This document shows, piece after piece, positions 1 to 12,470 of a stretch of 64,000 nucleotides of DNA (positions within the stretch are counted from its first letter, which is position 1; the number at the start of each line of letters is the position of its first letter). The notes beneath the pieces were generated by a model. The model searched no databases. It was not told where the DNA came from and worked only from the letters and a program-made list of their open reading frames with translations. The stretch comes from Macrostomum lignano (taxonomy: Eukaryota): positions 806,001 to 870,000 of the forward strand of contig NIVC01000020.1 in the NCBI GenBank assembly GCA_002269645.1, given 5' to 3'. A program made the translations under genes and the position numbers.

Positions 1-2200
1 ATTTAATCAATATCAAATTGCAGTCATAATCATGCAGTCAATTAATATCAAATATTCAATGTAAAGGCATTAGCAGTTAGAGTTAGGGTTATGGTTAAAA
101 CATTTCATTCATTGTTAGTCACAGCCTCTCCACTGGGGGTGCAGTGAGGGCCGCAAAAGAAGTAGTTCTAAAACTCAGTACTTTGCTATGTACATTGAGC
201 CCTATTGCCATTAACCCTTAGCATGGGGGTATTTGCATTAAACTCAGAACATGTGTCAAAAAATTAAAAGTATAGAATTTTTTGAATGCTGTGCTTTCTA
301 TTTTCATATTTAAAGCAGACAACTTATATCCCAAACTCAGCATTGCAAGATCTTTCTAGCAGTATAAGTCTTTCCTTTCAAAGTTTAAAACTTAAGGAAC
401 AGTTAGCATTTGAAATTTCCTAACTTCCCAACTGCTTGCTTGAGAAGCTCGCAAGTTTATTTATTGAATTTCACTGCTTAGCTAATATACAAGGCTGCCT
501 ATTGAAAGGCAGCAATAATAAAACCAATTGAATCTGCACAGTACTAGCTATCTGCTTACACTGTACAATTGCTATGTACACTCAGCTTAAGCCCAACCCC
601 CCTCCTAATTCTGAGGGAATCATTAAATTTAATTGCACCCCTGACACAAGAAGGGTTGTTTGGCTTGACATGGAACATGTGTGCACCTATCTCCCCAATA
701 CACAGTGACTTGCTGATGGAGGTTAGGGTAGCTTTTTACAAACAGGCTGCAACCCCTCTACTAGAAAGGCAGAGTGGCCACAGAGAGGCTAAAGAAGGTT
801 AAGAAATCAGTTTTTTGCTTTTTTAAGGATCTTAAAATATAAAAATGAAAGATTAAAATAGCCTAAAGCCTGATCTGGAAAATTTGCAGTTTTCCCATTT
901 AAGTTTTAATGCTGACTTGCCAGTAGTGTAGGAGTTCACTTGCAACATACACACACAAACATTGCATTAGTTTTAGTAGTGAAACAATCTCCGTCTTATT
1001 GAAGTTATTACTTAAAAATTTTAACAACAACCAGATAAGTTCAATAATAAAAACCAAAGAATATTTAAGTCTTGAGATATGTGATTTTTAAACTAGTCTT
1101 TATGCTTACATTTAAAATAATTTTGATAAATTGTTGGTTTCATATAGTTTTTATTAGTTTAAAAAATAGGGCATTTTTATGCTATTAAAGTAAGCTTTAT
1201 GTAGGTGAGAGTCTTGCTATAACTAAATTTTCCATATACATTTTAATCTTTTTTTAAACTATAGCTTTTTTCCATCTAGTTTTTTCTCAGCCTATTGGTA
1301 TAAATATACTTGTATATACATAGCTAATAAATTTTGCATGACTTAATGGCAGCAAGTCAAATGGCAGTAGTTCTTTTATCTTTTTTTTTCTAATTTGATC
1401 TAAAATCTATGATATATTTAATAGTAATAAAATAAATAGTAATGTTATAATGGCTTTATCTATCATTCATTAATATCCCCCCTCTAACAATTTACTAGCA
1501 ATCTAGTGCCCCCCTTAGGGGTGCCTATTAAGCAAGGGCAAAGTTATTCATGCCAATCCATTAAAAAAGCACATTTTCTTAGGAACCAATTCCTTCTTTA
1601 GTTTTATAAATAACCTTAATTGAGTGGATTATGATGTTATGATAAGTCTCTATTTCTTAAGTCCTTGAAATTGTATTATGTTTGTGCCCTAGCCAAATAT
1701 TTTAATAATTTGCTTATGGCTTGTATCAGCTTAGTAGGTTAATACATTTAGGTAGTAATTAGTAAGTTTTAATAAGTTTGGTCAGTAAGATTTGCTTAAA
1801 CCTTGATTTTTGGCCCTATTATGGCCAAGGCTAAAACTGCCATATAGTTATTCAAGTATATTAGATAAGTTGTAAAAGTGCTTTCTTTGTTTTGTAGCCT
1901 TACCTTGCCTTTCTTACCTTGGTATTCAAGTAGGTTGATTTATTGACTTGTTTTATTTTCATAATCATGTTGAGCAATAAGTTTATTATCCATCTACCAT
2001 ACTAAAAATATACTATAGTAAAAATATATTCTAATTATTTATAGTTACATATTGAACAGAATCTAAATAAGTAATCTTGAATTCAAAATCAGAACACAAT
2101 TCCCTATCACCGACTTATTTTACTTGCATGCTGACTAGTGCCCAGTAACATATTGAGTCCAGCACGCACTGCAGCATACTACTGAGCTGCAGGGCTCAGC

Positions 2201-5200
2201 ATGGAACCGCCTTCCCGGTGGCTGAAGTGTCCTCGGAAGGGCACCCTGGTGAATGGTGAGCTCAATGCGTACGTATTTAATATACAAAGCGATTCAGTGC
2301 TTCATCTTTATTGCCATTTTCCTCACAGACCTGTTCCTTCCCTGCAAGACGCCCTTGGATGCCAAATTCGACAAGGAAGTCCCGCTTCAATACCGCTTTG
2401 ATCTGTTCATGCTGTTCTCGTCTATGGCCCAGTATCAGGTGAGTGACAGCACCAGATTGTGTCAGTGTATCAGGTGAGTGACAGCACCAGATTGTGTCAG
2501 TGTATCAGGTGAGTGACAGCACCAGATTGTGTCAGTGTATCAGGTGAGTGACAGCACCAGATTGGGTCAATGTATCAGGTGAGTGACAGCACCAGATTGG
2601 GTCAGTGTATCAGGTGAGTGACAGCACCAGATTGGGTCAGTGTGTCAGGTGAGTGATAGGACCAGATTGGGTCAGTGTCAGGTGAGCGACAGGACCAGAT
2701 TGGGTCAGTGTCAGGTGAGTGACAGCACCAGATTGGGTCAGTGTGTCAGGTGAGTGACAGCACCAGATTGGGTCAGTGTGTCAGGTGAGTGACAGCACCA
2801 GATTGGGTCAGTGTGTCAAGGTGAGTGACAGCACCAGATTGGGTCAGTGTCAGGAGAGTGACAGGTCTTGCCGAAACCCGCAGTGCAAGATCGGCATGCT
2901 GATCGACCTGACGAACACGGACCGGTTCTACGACAAGGCCCTGGTGGAGGATCAGTTCCGCTGCAAGTACGTCAAGCTGCACTGCAAAGGCCACGGCCAG
3001 ACACCCACTGCCGATCAGGTTGGCCTGTTTATCAACTGCGTCAACAACTTCAGGCGGCAGTATCCGCTTGAGAAGATCGGTGAGCTGCTTTGAATTAGTT
3101 TGAGTGCGGGTGAAACAAGCCGGTGCTCTCACTGACCCGACCCGCCCCTTGCAGCCGTGCACTGCACGCACGGGTACAACAGAACCGGCTTCATGATCAT
3201 CTCCTACCTGGTTACCGAATTCGACTGGAGGTAAAGCTGACTATCGTGTCTCATGTTCTTTTTCTCTCGGTGATTTCCACACAGCCAGCTGCATTTCCCA
3301 TTGCATTAACAGCTGCGAGCTGGCTGTGCAGGCCTTCGCCGAGGCCAGGCCGCCTGGCATCTACAAGCAGGACTACCTGGAGGAGATCTGGAACCGCTTC
3401 GATGATGCCAAGGAGTGTCCGGCTGCGCCTCCGCTGCCAGACTGGTGCTGGGGTGAGCTGGGGCTGTTGCTGGGGTGAGCTGGGGCTGTTGCTGGGGTGA
3501 GCTGGGGCTGTTCCCCGGGCTGTTGCTGGGGCTGTGGCTGGGGTGAGCTGGGGCTGTTGCTGGGGTGAGCTGGGGCTGTTCCCCGGGCTGTTGCTGGGAT
3601 GAGCTGTGGCTGGAGTGAGCTGTGGCTGGGGTGAGCTGTGGCTGGGGTGAGCTGTGGCTGGGATGAGCTGTGGCTGGGATGAGCTGTGGCTGGGGTGAGC
3701 TGGAGCTGGGTTGAGCTGTGGCTGGGGTGAGCTGGGGCTGGGATGAGCTGTGGCTGGAGTGAGCTGTGGCTGGGGTGAGCTGTGGCTGGGGTGAGCTGTG
3801 GCTGGGATGAGCTGTGGCTGGGGTGAGCTGTGGCTGGGGTGAGCTGTGGCTGGGATGAGCTGTGGCTGGGGTGAGCTGTGGCTGGGGTGAGCTGTGGCTG
3901 GGGTGAGCTGTGGCTGGAGTGAGCTGTGGCTGGGGTGAGCTGTGGCTGGGATGAGCTGTGGCTGGGATGAGCTGTGGCTGGGATGAGCTGTGGCTGGGAT
4001 GAGCTGTGGCTGGGGTGAGCTGGAGCTGGGTTGAGCTGTGGCTGGGGTGAGCTGGGGCTGGGATGAGCTGTGGCTGGGTTGAGCTGTGGCTGGGGTGAGC
4101 TGTGGCTGGGATGAGCTGTGGCTGGGGTGAGCTGTGGCTGGGATGAGCTGTGGCTGGGATGAGCTGTGGCTGGGGTGAGCTGTGGCTGGGGTGAGCTGTG
4201 GCTGGGGTGAGCTGTGGCTGGAGTGAGCTGGGGCTGGGGTGAGCTGTGGCTGGGGTGAGCTGTGGCTGGGGTGAGCTGTGGCTGGGATGAGCTGTGGCTG
4301 GGATGAGCTGTGGCTGGGATGAGCTGTGGCTGGGATGAGCTGTGGCTGGGGTGAGCTGGAGCTGGGTTGAGCTGTGGCTGGGGTGAGCTGGGGCTGGGAT
4401 GAGCTGTGGCTGGGTTGAGCTGTGGCTGGGGTGAGCTGTGGCTGGGATGAGCTGTGGCTGGGGTGAGCTGTGGCTGGGGTGAGCTGTGGCTGGGATGAGC
4501 TGTGGCTGGGATGAGCTGTGGCTGGGGTGAGCTGTGGCTGGGGTGAGCTGTGGCTGGGGTGAGCTGTGGCTGGAGTGAGCTGGGGCTGGGGTGAGCTGTG
4601 GCTGGGGTGAGCTGTGGCTGTTGCTGTAGCGTGCTTGCTGGTGCTGCACGCGCAGGTGTAGGATCCCTGAGCCGCCAACCCAACTGCTTGCCCCGCAGAC
4701 GAGGACGAGAAGGACGATGACAACCAGCCGACGGACGGTGCAGCAGCTGGCGGCGCCCTTGACGACGAGGACGCGGTGGTGCCGGCGGCCAAGGCCTCCG
4801 CAGCGGCGGGCCGGAAGCGGCCTTCCAAGGACTCGGCGGCGGCTTCAAAAGCCAAGGCTGGCCGCATGGGCGCCATCAAGATCTCGCAGTTCATGTCTGG
4901 CGTTGAAGGAGTTCAGCAGGTAGATATCGCGGCCCAGCCCATCTACCCTTCTGTTTCCCTGCTGTGAAGTTCAGAAACCAGTTTGCAATGTACTTTCCCT
5001 TGTCACCGCCGCTGTCAGGTCCTGGACTCGGAGGTGGTGTCCCGTGTCCGCGAGATCGTCCGTCGCGCCTGCGGCTTCGAAGGCGGCCGCTTTCCTGGTT
5101 GCCAACCGGTATCCATGGACGCCAACAACCTGCAGCTGCTGCAGCAGAAGGACTACCGCGTGTCGTGGAAGGCCGACGGCTTTCGCTACATGATGGCCGT

Positions 5201-7601
5201 GCTCGGCCGCGGCGAGGTGTACGCCATCGACAGAGACAACAGCGTCTTCCTGGTGCCCAACCTGGAGTTCCCCAGCCGAAAAGACCCGTCCAAGCACGTG
5301 GCCGACACCGTGCTGGACGGCGAGATGGTCATCGACACCGTGCAGGGCGCCGCCATCCCCCGCTACCTCATCTACGATGCCGTGCAGTTCGAGTCCCAGC
5401 CTGTGGGCCGCTGCCCCTTCGCTAGGCGGCTGCAGTGCATCGAGCTGGAGCTCATTGGGCCGCGCAATGCAATGAAGCAGCGCCTGGGGCCTCAGCTGCC
5501 GAAAGAGCCCTTCTCAGTGCGTCTCAAGGTGGGTTCACAGCGAACTGTTTTTTGTCTTGCGATTAGACAGCTGAGTCCAATCACCGGAAATCCCACTCTC
5601 ATCACCTAAACTCCCTTTCTCATCACCTGAACTTCCACTCTCATCACCTAAACTCCCTTTCTCATCACCTGAACTCACTTTCATCACCTGAACTCCCACT
5701 TTCATCACCTGAACTCCCTTTCTCATCACCTGAACTCCCACTCCCACCCAATTACCTGAAATCCCACTCAATCACCCGAAGTCCCACTCAATCACCTTAA
5801 TCCCACTCAATCACCTGAAATCCCACTCAATCACCTGAAATCCCACTCAATCACCTAAAATCCCACTCAATCACCTGAACTCCCACCCAATCACCTTAAA
5901 TCCCACTCAATCACCCGAAATCCCACTCAATCACCTGAAATCCCACTCAATCACCTGAAATCCCACTCAATCACCTGAAGTCCCACTCAATCACCTGAAA
6001 TCCCACTCAGTCACCTGAAGTCCCACTCTTATCGGCTGAAATCGAACGGTTCCCCCACTCCAGGGCTTCTATGGTCTGGACGCTTGCGTGAAGCTGCTGA
6101 GCCAAGAGTTCACCGAGAGTCTGGGCCACGAGACGGACGGCCTCATCTTCCAGCCGGCCGGACCGAGCGACATCTACACTGGCGGCTCGCTGGCCACGCT
6201 GATGAAGTGGAAGCCGCCGGAGCTGAACACGGTGGACTTCAAGCTGCAGTGGATCCGCCGGAAGGAGCCCGGCTGCCTGGAGGAGCACTTCGGCGACCTG
6301 TACGCCGGCGGCAGCGACGTCTCCATGGGCCGCATTCGCATGACAAAGAAGGACGCCACCAAATACGACGGAAAGATTGTGGAGTGCCGCTTCGACTCCC
6401 AGATGCGCACCTGGGTCATCCTCAAGGAGCGGGTGGACAAGTCCTTCCCCAACAAGATTGATACCGTCAATGGTGAGCGGGCATTCCATTCAATGCCCCA
6501 GTCATTCAGCAGGCATTCTATCCCCTGCCCCAGCCATTCAGCAGGCATTCTATCCCCTGCCCCAGCCATTCAGCAGGCATTCTATCCCCTGCCCCAGTCA
6601 TTCAGAAGGCATTCTATCCATGCCCCAGCCATTCAGAAGGCATTCTATCCCCTGCCCCAGCCATTCAGCAGGCATTCTATCCCCTGCCCCAGCCATTCAG
6701 AAGGCATTCTATCCATGCCCCAGCCATTCAGAAGGCATTCTATCCCTGCCCCAGCCATTCAGCAGGCATTCTATTCCCTACCCCAGCCATTCAGCAGGCA
6801 TTCTATTCCCTACCCCAGCCATTCAGCAGGCATTCTATTCCCTACCCCAGCCATTCAGCAGGCATTCTATTCCCTACCCCAGCCATTCCGCAGCCATTCT
6901 ATCCCTGTCCCAGTCATTCAGAAGGCATTCTATCCATGCCCCAGCCATTCAGAAGGCATTCTATCCCTGCCCCAGCCATTCAGCAGGCATTCTATTCCCT
7001 ACCCCAGCCATTCAGCAGGCATTCTATTCCCTACCCCAGCCATTCAGCAGGCATTCTATTCCCTACCCCAGCCATTCAGCAGGCATTCTATTCCCTACCC
7101 CAGCCATTCCGCAGCCATTCTATCCCTGTCCCAGTCATTCAGAAGGCATTCTATCCCTGCCCCAGTCATTCAGCAGGAATTCTATTCCCTACCCCAGCCA
7201 TTCAGCAGGCATTCTATTCCCTACCCCAGCCATTCAGCAGGCATTCTATTCCCTACCCCAGCCATTCCGCAGCCATTCTATCCCTGTCCCAGTCATTCAG
7301 AAGGCATTCTATCTCCTGCCCCAGTCATTCAGAAGGCATTCTATCCCCTGCCCCACCCATTTAGCAGGCGTTCTATCTTAATCCGTCAGCAGGCATTCAC
7401 CCCACTGTCTCACTGAGCTACTGTCAGTAGCCACCAACGCGCGCATGTCCCTCCCCCCCGCCCGCAGCGGTGATCGCCAGCATTCTGAACCCCGTGACCA
7501 AGGAGCGGCTGCTGGAATTCGTGGACAACGCTTTGATAGCTCGCGAGCGCAGCCGCGATCGCCAGCTGATGCCGCCGCCGCGGCCCATGACAGTTCGCTG
7601 A
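2201..7601 (+). CDS. RNGTT: mRNA capping enzyme (RNA triphosphatase + guanylyltransferase), 9 coding exons, 616 aa
   Basis: Exons 2201-2255, 2329-2438, 2884-3079, 3155-3230, 3313-3452, 4699-4919, 5019-5528, 6064-6472, 7468-7601. All introns are GT-AG with consistent phases (1851 nt total). Motifs: N-terminal [22 protein letters not shown], triphosphatase [10 protein letters not shown] (HCxxGxxR), [11 protein letters not shown], guanylyltransferase [14 protein letters not shown] (KxDG active Lys), LDGEM, ETDGLIF, OB-fold LNTVDFKL and RVDKSFPN. Confidence 0.97.
2433..2860 (+). repeat. 35-bp tandem array spanning the RNGTT exon 2 donor, about 12 copies
   Basis: Unit GTGAGTGACAGCACCAGATTGTGTCAGTGTATCAG. 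Confidence 0.95.
3446..4620 (+). repeat. 16-bp tandem array starting at the RNGTT exon 5 donor
   Basis: Unit GGCTGGGGTGAGCTGT with GGGAT variants; about 70 units. Confidence 0.95.
5579..6027. repeat. 20-21-bp minisatellite, RNGTT intron 7
   Basis: Unit AATCACCTGAAATCCCACTC. Confidence 0.9.
6490..7370. repeat. 32-bp minisatellite, RNGTT intron 8
   Basis: Unit CCCAGCCATTCAGCAGGCATTCTATCCCCTGC. Confidence 0.92.
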
Positions 7602-7918
7602 CCCCGAGGGGGTTGCTGAGCTGATTGAACTGACCATTTCTGCTTCTGCTATAACTGGCTACATTGACTGCTCAGTATGCGCAGGCATGTTATAAAGCCT
7701 TGCAGCGCCCTCTCTCACGTCTTACCTGTCTCTCGTATGTGTCAGTTAATTAATATTTAATTAAGATGAGCCAGAGTAATCCCGAGATGTACCATTGCCT
7801 GTAGGGTGTCAGTGCAACTGTGCCCGATATCTTTCTCCCCATCTGATCCCATTGTAAATTCCAACTGAGCTGCCCCGCTAGCGGTGTCTGCTAGCGCGCA
7901 GCTTTAGTGCGTTTTACC

Positions 7919-7924
7919 AATAAA
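7919..7924 (+). terminator. Probable polyadenylation signal of RNGTT
   Basis: AATAAA about 320 nt after the stop, followed by T-rich sequence. Confidence 0.6.
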
Positions 7925-8085
7925 ATTCCCTGCCTTTGCGCAGGCAAACGGCTGCTGCTTTTATTTTTCATTTATTTTACTGTTTCTTGCAATAGCATTA
8001 GCTGCTGGTTTTATGTACTGGCCTGGGAACGCCAGGGAGTGTCCTAGAGACAGAGTCGAGCGGAATTCTGTTTTTGTCCTTGTCG

Positions 8086-8325
8086 GAGCTCCGTATTGCC
8101 TGACCAGATACCTATGTAGCTTCTGGTGTCCCTGCAGGTGTCTGAGAGCTCCGCATTGCCTGACCAGAACCTATGTAGCTTCTGGCGTCCCTGCAGGTGT
8201 CTGAGAGCTCCGTATTGCCTGACCAGATACCTATGTAGCTTCTGGCGTCCCTGCAGGTGTCTGAGAGCTCCGCATTGCCTGACCAGATACCTATGTAGCT
8301 TCTGGCGTCCCTGCAGCTGTCTGAT
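8086..8325. repeat. 60-bp tandem repeat, about 4 copies
   Basis: GAGCTCCGTATTGCCTGACCAGATACCTATGTAGCTTCTGG...; period 60 (8086, 8146). Confidence 0.9.
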
Positions 8326-8875
8326 CTGGGAAGCCCCAGTTTGACCCTCCTCCCCTCCGTCTTTCGACGCGCTCGTAACTATGCACGCGATTCTTCAACG
8401 TGCCGCAGGGAGGAAGGTGGGTTGCTGGGCGCTAGCAAGAAAAGCACCGCAAGCGGAATCGCGTGCCGCTTGGTTTTTTGCGATTAAGAAGCGGGAATAT
8501 TTTTTTATCGGGAGGGGGGCTTCGGGCGCTCCGCGGCCCCTTAAAGTTTTCTGCACTGCAGGTACGCGGGCCCGCTTCAATAGGAGTTGTTGGTCTGCAG
8601 CTTTGCGTGACTCCGAATGTCTCGTGGGATTAATGGATTTAAAGAATTTATTTGGATTCTCAATAGATTCAGTCTTATTCACTGGTAGAAAAAAACGCAT
8701 GCAAGCTGGCGAGGAGAGATAGGCTGAGGCGGGCACAACGCACGGGGCTAAAAAGGCCCCACAGACACCCACCCCCGCCCCGGGGGCGGCGCACCCACCC
8801 CCGGACCAAGCACCCCCAAACACGGGCGACGACAAGCCCCCCGGCCCCGCTAACAGCGATTGGTCAGCCAATCTA

Positions 8876-9352
8876 CACTAGATTCCACCTCATAATGGTA
8901 GATTCGATCTTATAACGGTAGATTAAAATTCTTGCGGGGAACACTTACGCTCGTAAGCTGTCTTCAGCCGGCATCGCCTTCTAGGGAAAATTTCTCCAGC
9001 CTCCAGAAGAAATCGCCAACCAGTTAAAACTACTGTTGCACGATACCCTGTACGGAAAACAGCCCTAGCTCGACAGATCAACAGGTAGTGTCGCTTCGGT
9101 CGATGGCTCGATGCGCCTGAGTTTTCCGACCTTAGAGTCACCGTAGATTCGACCTTGTTCAGGGTAGATTCGACCTTATTCAGGGTAGATTCGACCTTAT
9201 CCAGATTGGTTCGACCTTAACCAAGTACGAGTAGATTCGACTTCGACATTAGTCACGGTAGATTCGACCTTATTCAGGGTAAATACGAAGTCATACCGGT
9301 AGATTCGACCTTATCCAAGTAGATTCAATCTTACTCACGATAGATTCAACTT
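8876..9352 (+). repeat. Cluster of about 12 GTAGATTCGACCTT motifs upstream of DMAP1
   Basis: Irregularly spaced direct copies ending about 25 nt before the ATG. Confidence 0.8.
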
Positions 9353-9377
9353 TATTTTATGCGGAAGCAGCCAGCCC

Positions 9378-10391
9378 ATGGCTTCATCCAGCGACGTGAA
9401 AGACATCCTTGGCGGCGGCAGTCGCGAGGCCCCGCCCGCGGAGTCGCCCATCACCCGGGATGTACTGCTGTCCAGAGCGATGCCGCCACCTGCCTCCGGC
9501 CGGGCTTCGGCGGCCAAGCCAGTTGGCCGGCAGCCGCAGGTGAAGCGGCCCAAAGGCATGGCCAGGGAGCTGTGGAGCCTCATCAGCGCAGACACGGACA
9601 CGAACACCCTGGTGCCCACCGACACCGCCTACAAGCAGCCCAAGGCGCGCCTCGGCCCCACCCGGGTCCGCCGCTGGTGCTGGACGGCCTTCCGCAACCC
9701 GGCCCGCACCGACCAGCTGGAGCTGCGGCACTGGCGCCGGGCCTGCGACCCGCCTGCCGAGTACAGCTTCGCCAAGTTCAACAAGCCGCCAGATGTGCCC
9801 GACTGCACCGAGGAGCAGCTGGCCGCCTCCCCAGCGCTGGCCCAATCGGGCTGGACGGAGGCTGAGACTCTCCATCTGCTGGAGCTGATGCGCAGGTTGG
9901 TTGACCGCTTGGCTTGCTATGAACTCTTGCGTCAGGGCATAAGAAATGACCTGTCTTATGATTGATCCATCTTACTAACTTAAGAATGACCCGAATGTCA
10001 ATGCAGGTTCCACATGCGGTTTGTGATAGTGCTGGACCGCTGGGACTCCGAGAAGTTCGGCCACCGCACCCTCGAAGACCTGAAGGAGCGGTTCTACGGC
10101 CTGTGCCGGGCGCTGGAGGCCCAGAAGGCGGCCGCTGCCGGCAAGCCGCCGCCCCGGCCCAGCTTCGTCTACGATGCCGAGCACGAGAGGCGGCGCCGGG
10201 AGCAGCTGGGCCTCCTGCTGGCCCGCACCAAGGAAGAGGCCGCCGAGGAGGAGCGGCTGCGGCACGAGCTGGTGCGCATCGAGCAGCGACGGCAGGACCG
10301 GGAGAAGAAGACAGTGCACCTGCAGCGGCTCATCTCGCAGGTGGGTTGGGCCGCATACTGACTGACATACAAGCAAATACAACTAAATACA

Positions 10392-10433
<42 letters not shown>

Positions 10434-11659
10434 CGCCTCATCCCCGCCTCCACTTCAACCCAGGCTGACGCGACCGCCGCTTCCCGCCGCACCGACACGC
10501 CGGGCTCCCGCCGCTCCCACCAGGCTGGTGGCGGCTTCGGCGGCAGCGGCAGCGGCTCTGGGGTTGGTGGCTCTGCTCGCAAGCGCGCAGCGGCGACGCC
10601 ATCGGCGCTTCTGGACGGCGGCGCTGGCAGCGGGTTTCGCTTCCAGGATGGCCGGCAGGCTGGCGCCTCGCTACGCAGCGCCCGCATCCGTCTGCCGCAG
10701 CTGTTCGGCCAGAAGAAGGCGCGCATGCTCGACACCTGCCTGGAGGACCTGCGGGTTGACACCAACCCCATCGCCACGGAGGAGGTGGCTGACGAGTTCA
10801 ACCAGCTGCGGTCGGACATCCTACTCTACTCGGAGCTGAGGACCCACCTGCAGGCTTTGGACTACGAGTTCCAGACGCTCAAGCATCGGTGAGTCCCCGA
10901 GTGAAATGGTCATGGAGCGGAATGGTCATTGAGTGGAATGGTCATGGAGCGGGATGGTCATGGAGCAGAATGGTCATGGAGTGGAATGGTCATGGAGTGG
11001 AATGGTCAAGGAGTGGAATGGTCATGGAGTGGAATGGTCAAGGAGTGGAATGGTCATGGAGTGGAATGGTCAAGGAGTGGAATGGTCATGGAGTGGAATG
11101 GTGATGCAGTGGAATGGTCATGGAGCGAAATGGTCATGGAGTGGAATGGTCAAGGAGTGGAATGGTCATGGAGGGGAATGGTCAAGGAGTGGAATGGTCA
11201 TGGAGTGGAATGGTGATGCAGTGGAATGGTCATGGAGCGAAATGGTCATGGAGTGGAATGGTCAAGGAGTGGAATGGTCATGGAGTGGAATGGCGATGCA
11301 GTGGCCACCAGCTCAACCTTCAACACCCGCTGCCCGCAGCTACGAGCAGCTGTCCGGCAAGCCCTGCCCGGTGCACTGGGAGCCGTACCGCGGCCGCAGC
11401 ATCGGCGGTCAGGCGCCCTCCGGCCCCGGCACCCGCAACAAGGGCGGCGCTGCGGCCGCTGCCACCTCTGCTGCAGTCGCTGCTGCTGTCACCCGGGCTC
11501 CGCCGCCGGCGCCAGCACCTCGAGCAGCCCAGTGCTGGCCGCTGGGCCGCCGGGCGGCACCCGAGTCCGACTCGGCACAAGCGGCAGGCGGCCATCGGCC
11601 AGGAGCAGATGATGAAGAAGCTGAAGACGGTCGGCATGGGTCGCTACAATGTCAATTGA
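9378..11659 (+). CDS. DMAP1: DNA methyltransferase 1-associated protein 1 (Swc4/Eaf2, NuA4/SWR1 subunit), 4 coding exons
   Basis: Exons 9378-9895, 10007-10340, 10464-10888, 11340-11659 (or 11712 as assembled). Motifs: DVKDIL, KRPKGMAREL, FRNPARTD, HWRR, YSFAKFNK, SANT-like WTEAETLHLLELMRRFHMRFVIVLDRW, RTLEDLKERFY, YDAEHERRRREQL, LRSARIRLP, EFNQLRSDILL. The last exon appears to have two 1-nt deletions (see findings). Confidence 0.95.
10393..10433. repeat. (CAGA)n microsatellite, DMAP1 intron 2
   Basis: About 10 perfect units. Confidence 0.95.
10905..11300. repeat. 16-bp minisatellite, DMAP1 intron 3
   Basis: Unit GGAATGGTCATGGAGT. Confidence 0.92.
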
Positions 11660-11923
11660 TGAAGGCGGTCTGGGCTGACCAAGCAATAACTGTTCAATTT
11701 GCATCTCTTTGAGCATTTTGGTGCGACGTGCAAACCATTGCTGTCCAACCATTTTAGTAATTGTAATTGTAACTAATCGGTAATATAAAATATGCATTAC
11801 TTGGCTCTCACATGTGCTTCTTGGCTGCGTTCCTGGCCTGCTAATATTTTATGTGCCTTGCATTTTGGTCTTTATATTTGTTCGCATTAAAAAGTAGAAA
11901 AACTCAGTTCCATCGTCATGCAA

Positions 11924-12470
11924 ATCGGTCATAAAAACAGCCCGTAGCAATCGGTCATAAGCAGCCCATGAGAATCGGTCATAAACAGCCCATGAGAATC
12001 GGTCATAAACAGCCCGTGGGAATCGGTCATAAACAGTCCGTGGGAATCGGTCATAAACAGCCCGTGGAAATCGGTCATAAACAGCTTATTAGAATCGGTC
12101 ATAAACAGCCCGTGGGAATCGGTCATAAACAGTCCGTGGGAATCGGTCATAAACAGCCCGTGAAAATCGGTGATAAACAGCTTATTAGAATCGGTCATAA
12201 ACAGCCCATGAGAATCGGTCATAAACAGCCCGTGAGAATCGGTCATAAACAGCCCGTGGGAATCGGTCATAAACAGTCCGTGGGAATCGGTCATAAACAG
12301 CCCATGAGAATCGGTCATAAACAGCCCGTGGGAATCGGTCATAAACAGCCCATTAGAATCGGTCATGAACAGCCCGTGGCAGTCGGTCATAAGCAGTCGT
12401 GAGAATGTCATAAACCATTATGACATTAAAACCAGGTCATAAACAGCCCGTGGGAATCGTTCATAAACGA
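11924..12470. repeat. 24-bp minisatellite
   Basis: Unit ATCGGTCATAAACAGCCCGTGGGA. Confidence 0.92.

Noticed and set aside
3251-4894. Three long Pro/Ser/His-rich minus-strand ORFs
   Set aside because: They are antisense readings of the 16-bp intron array and the flanking RNGTT exons.
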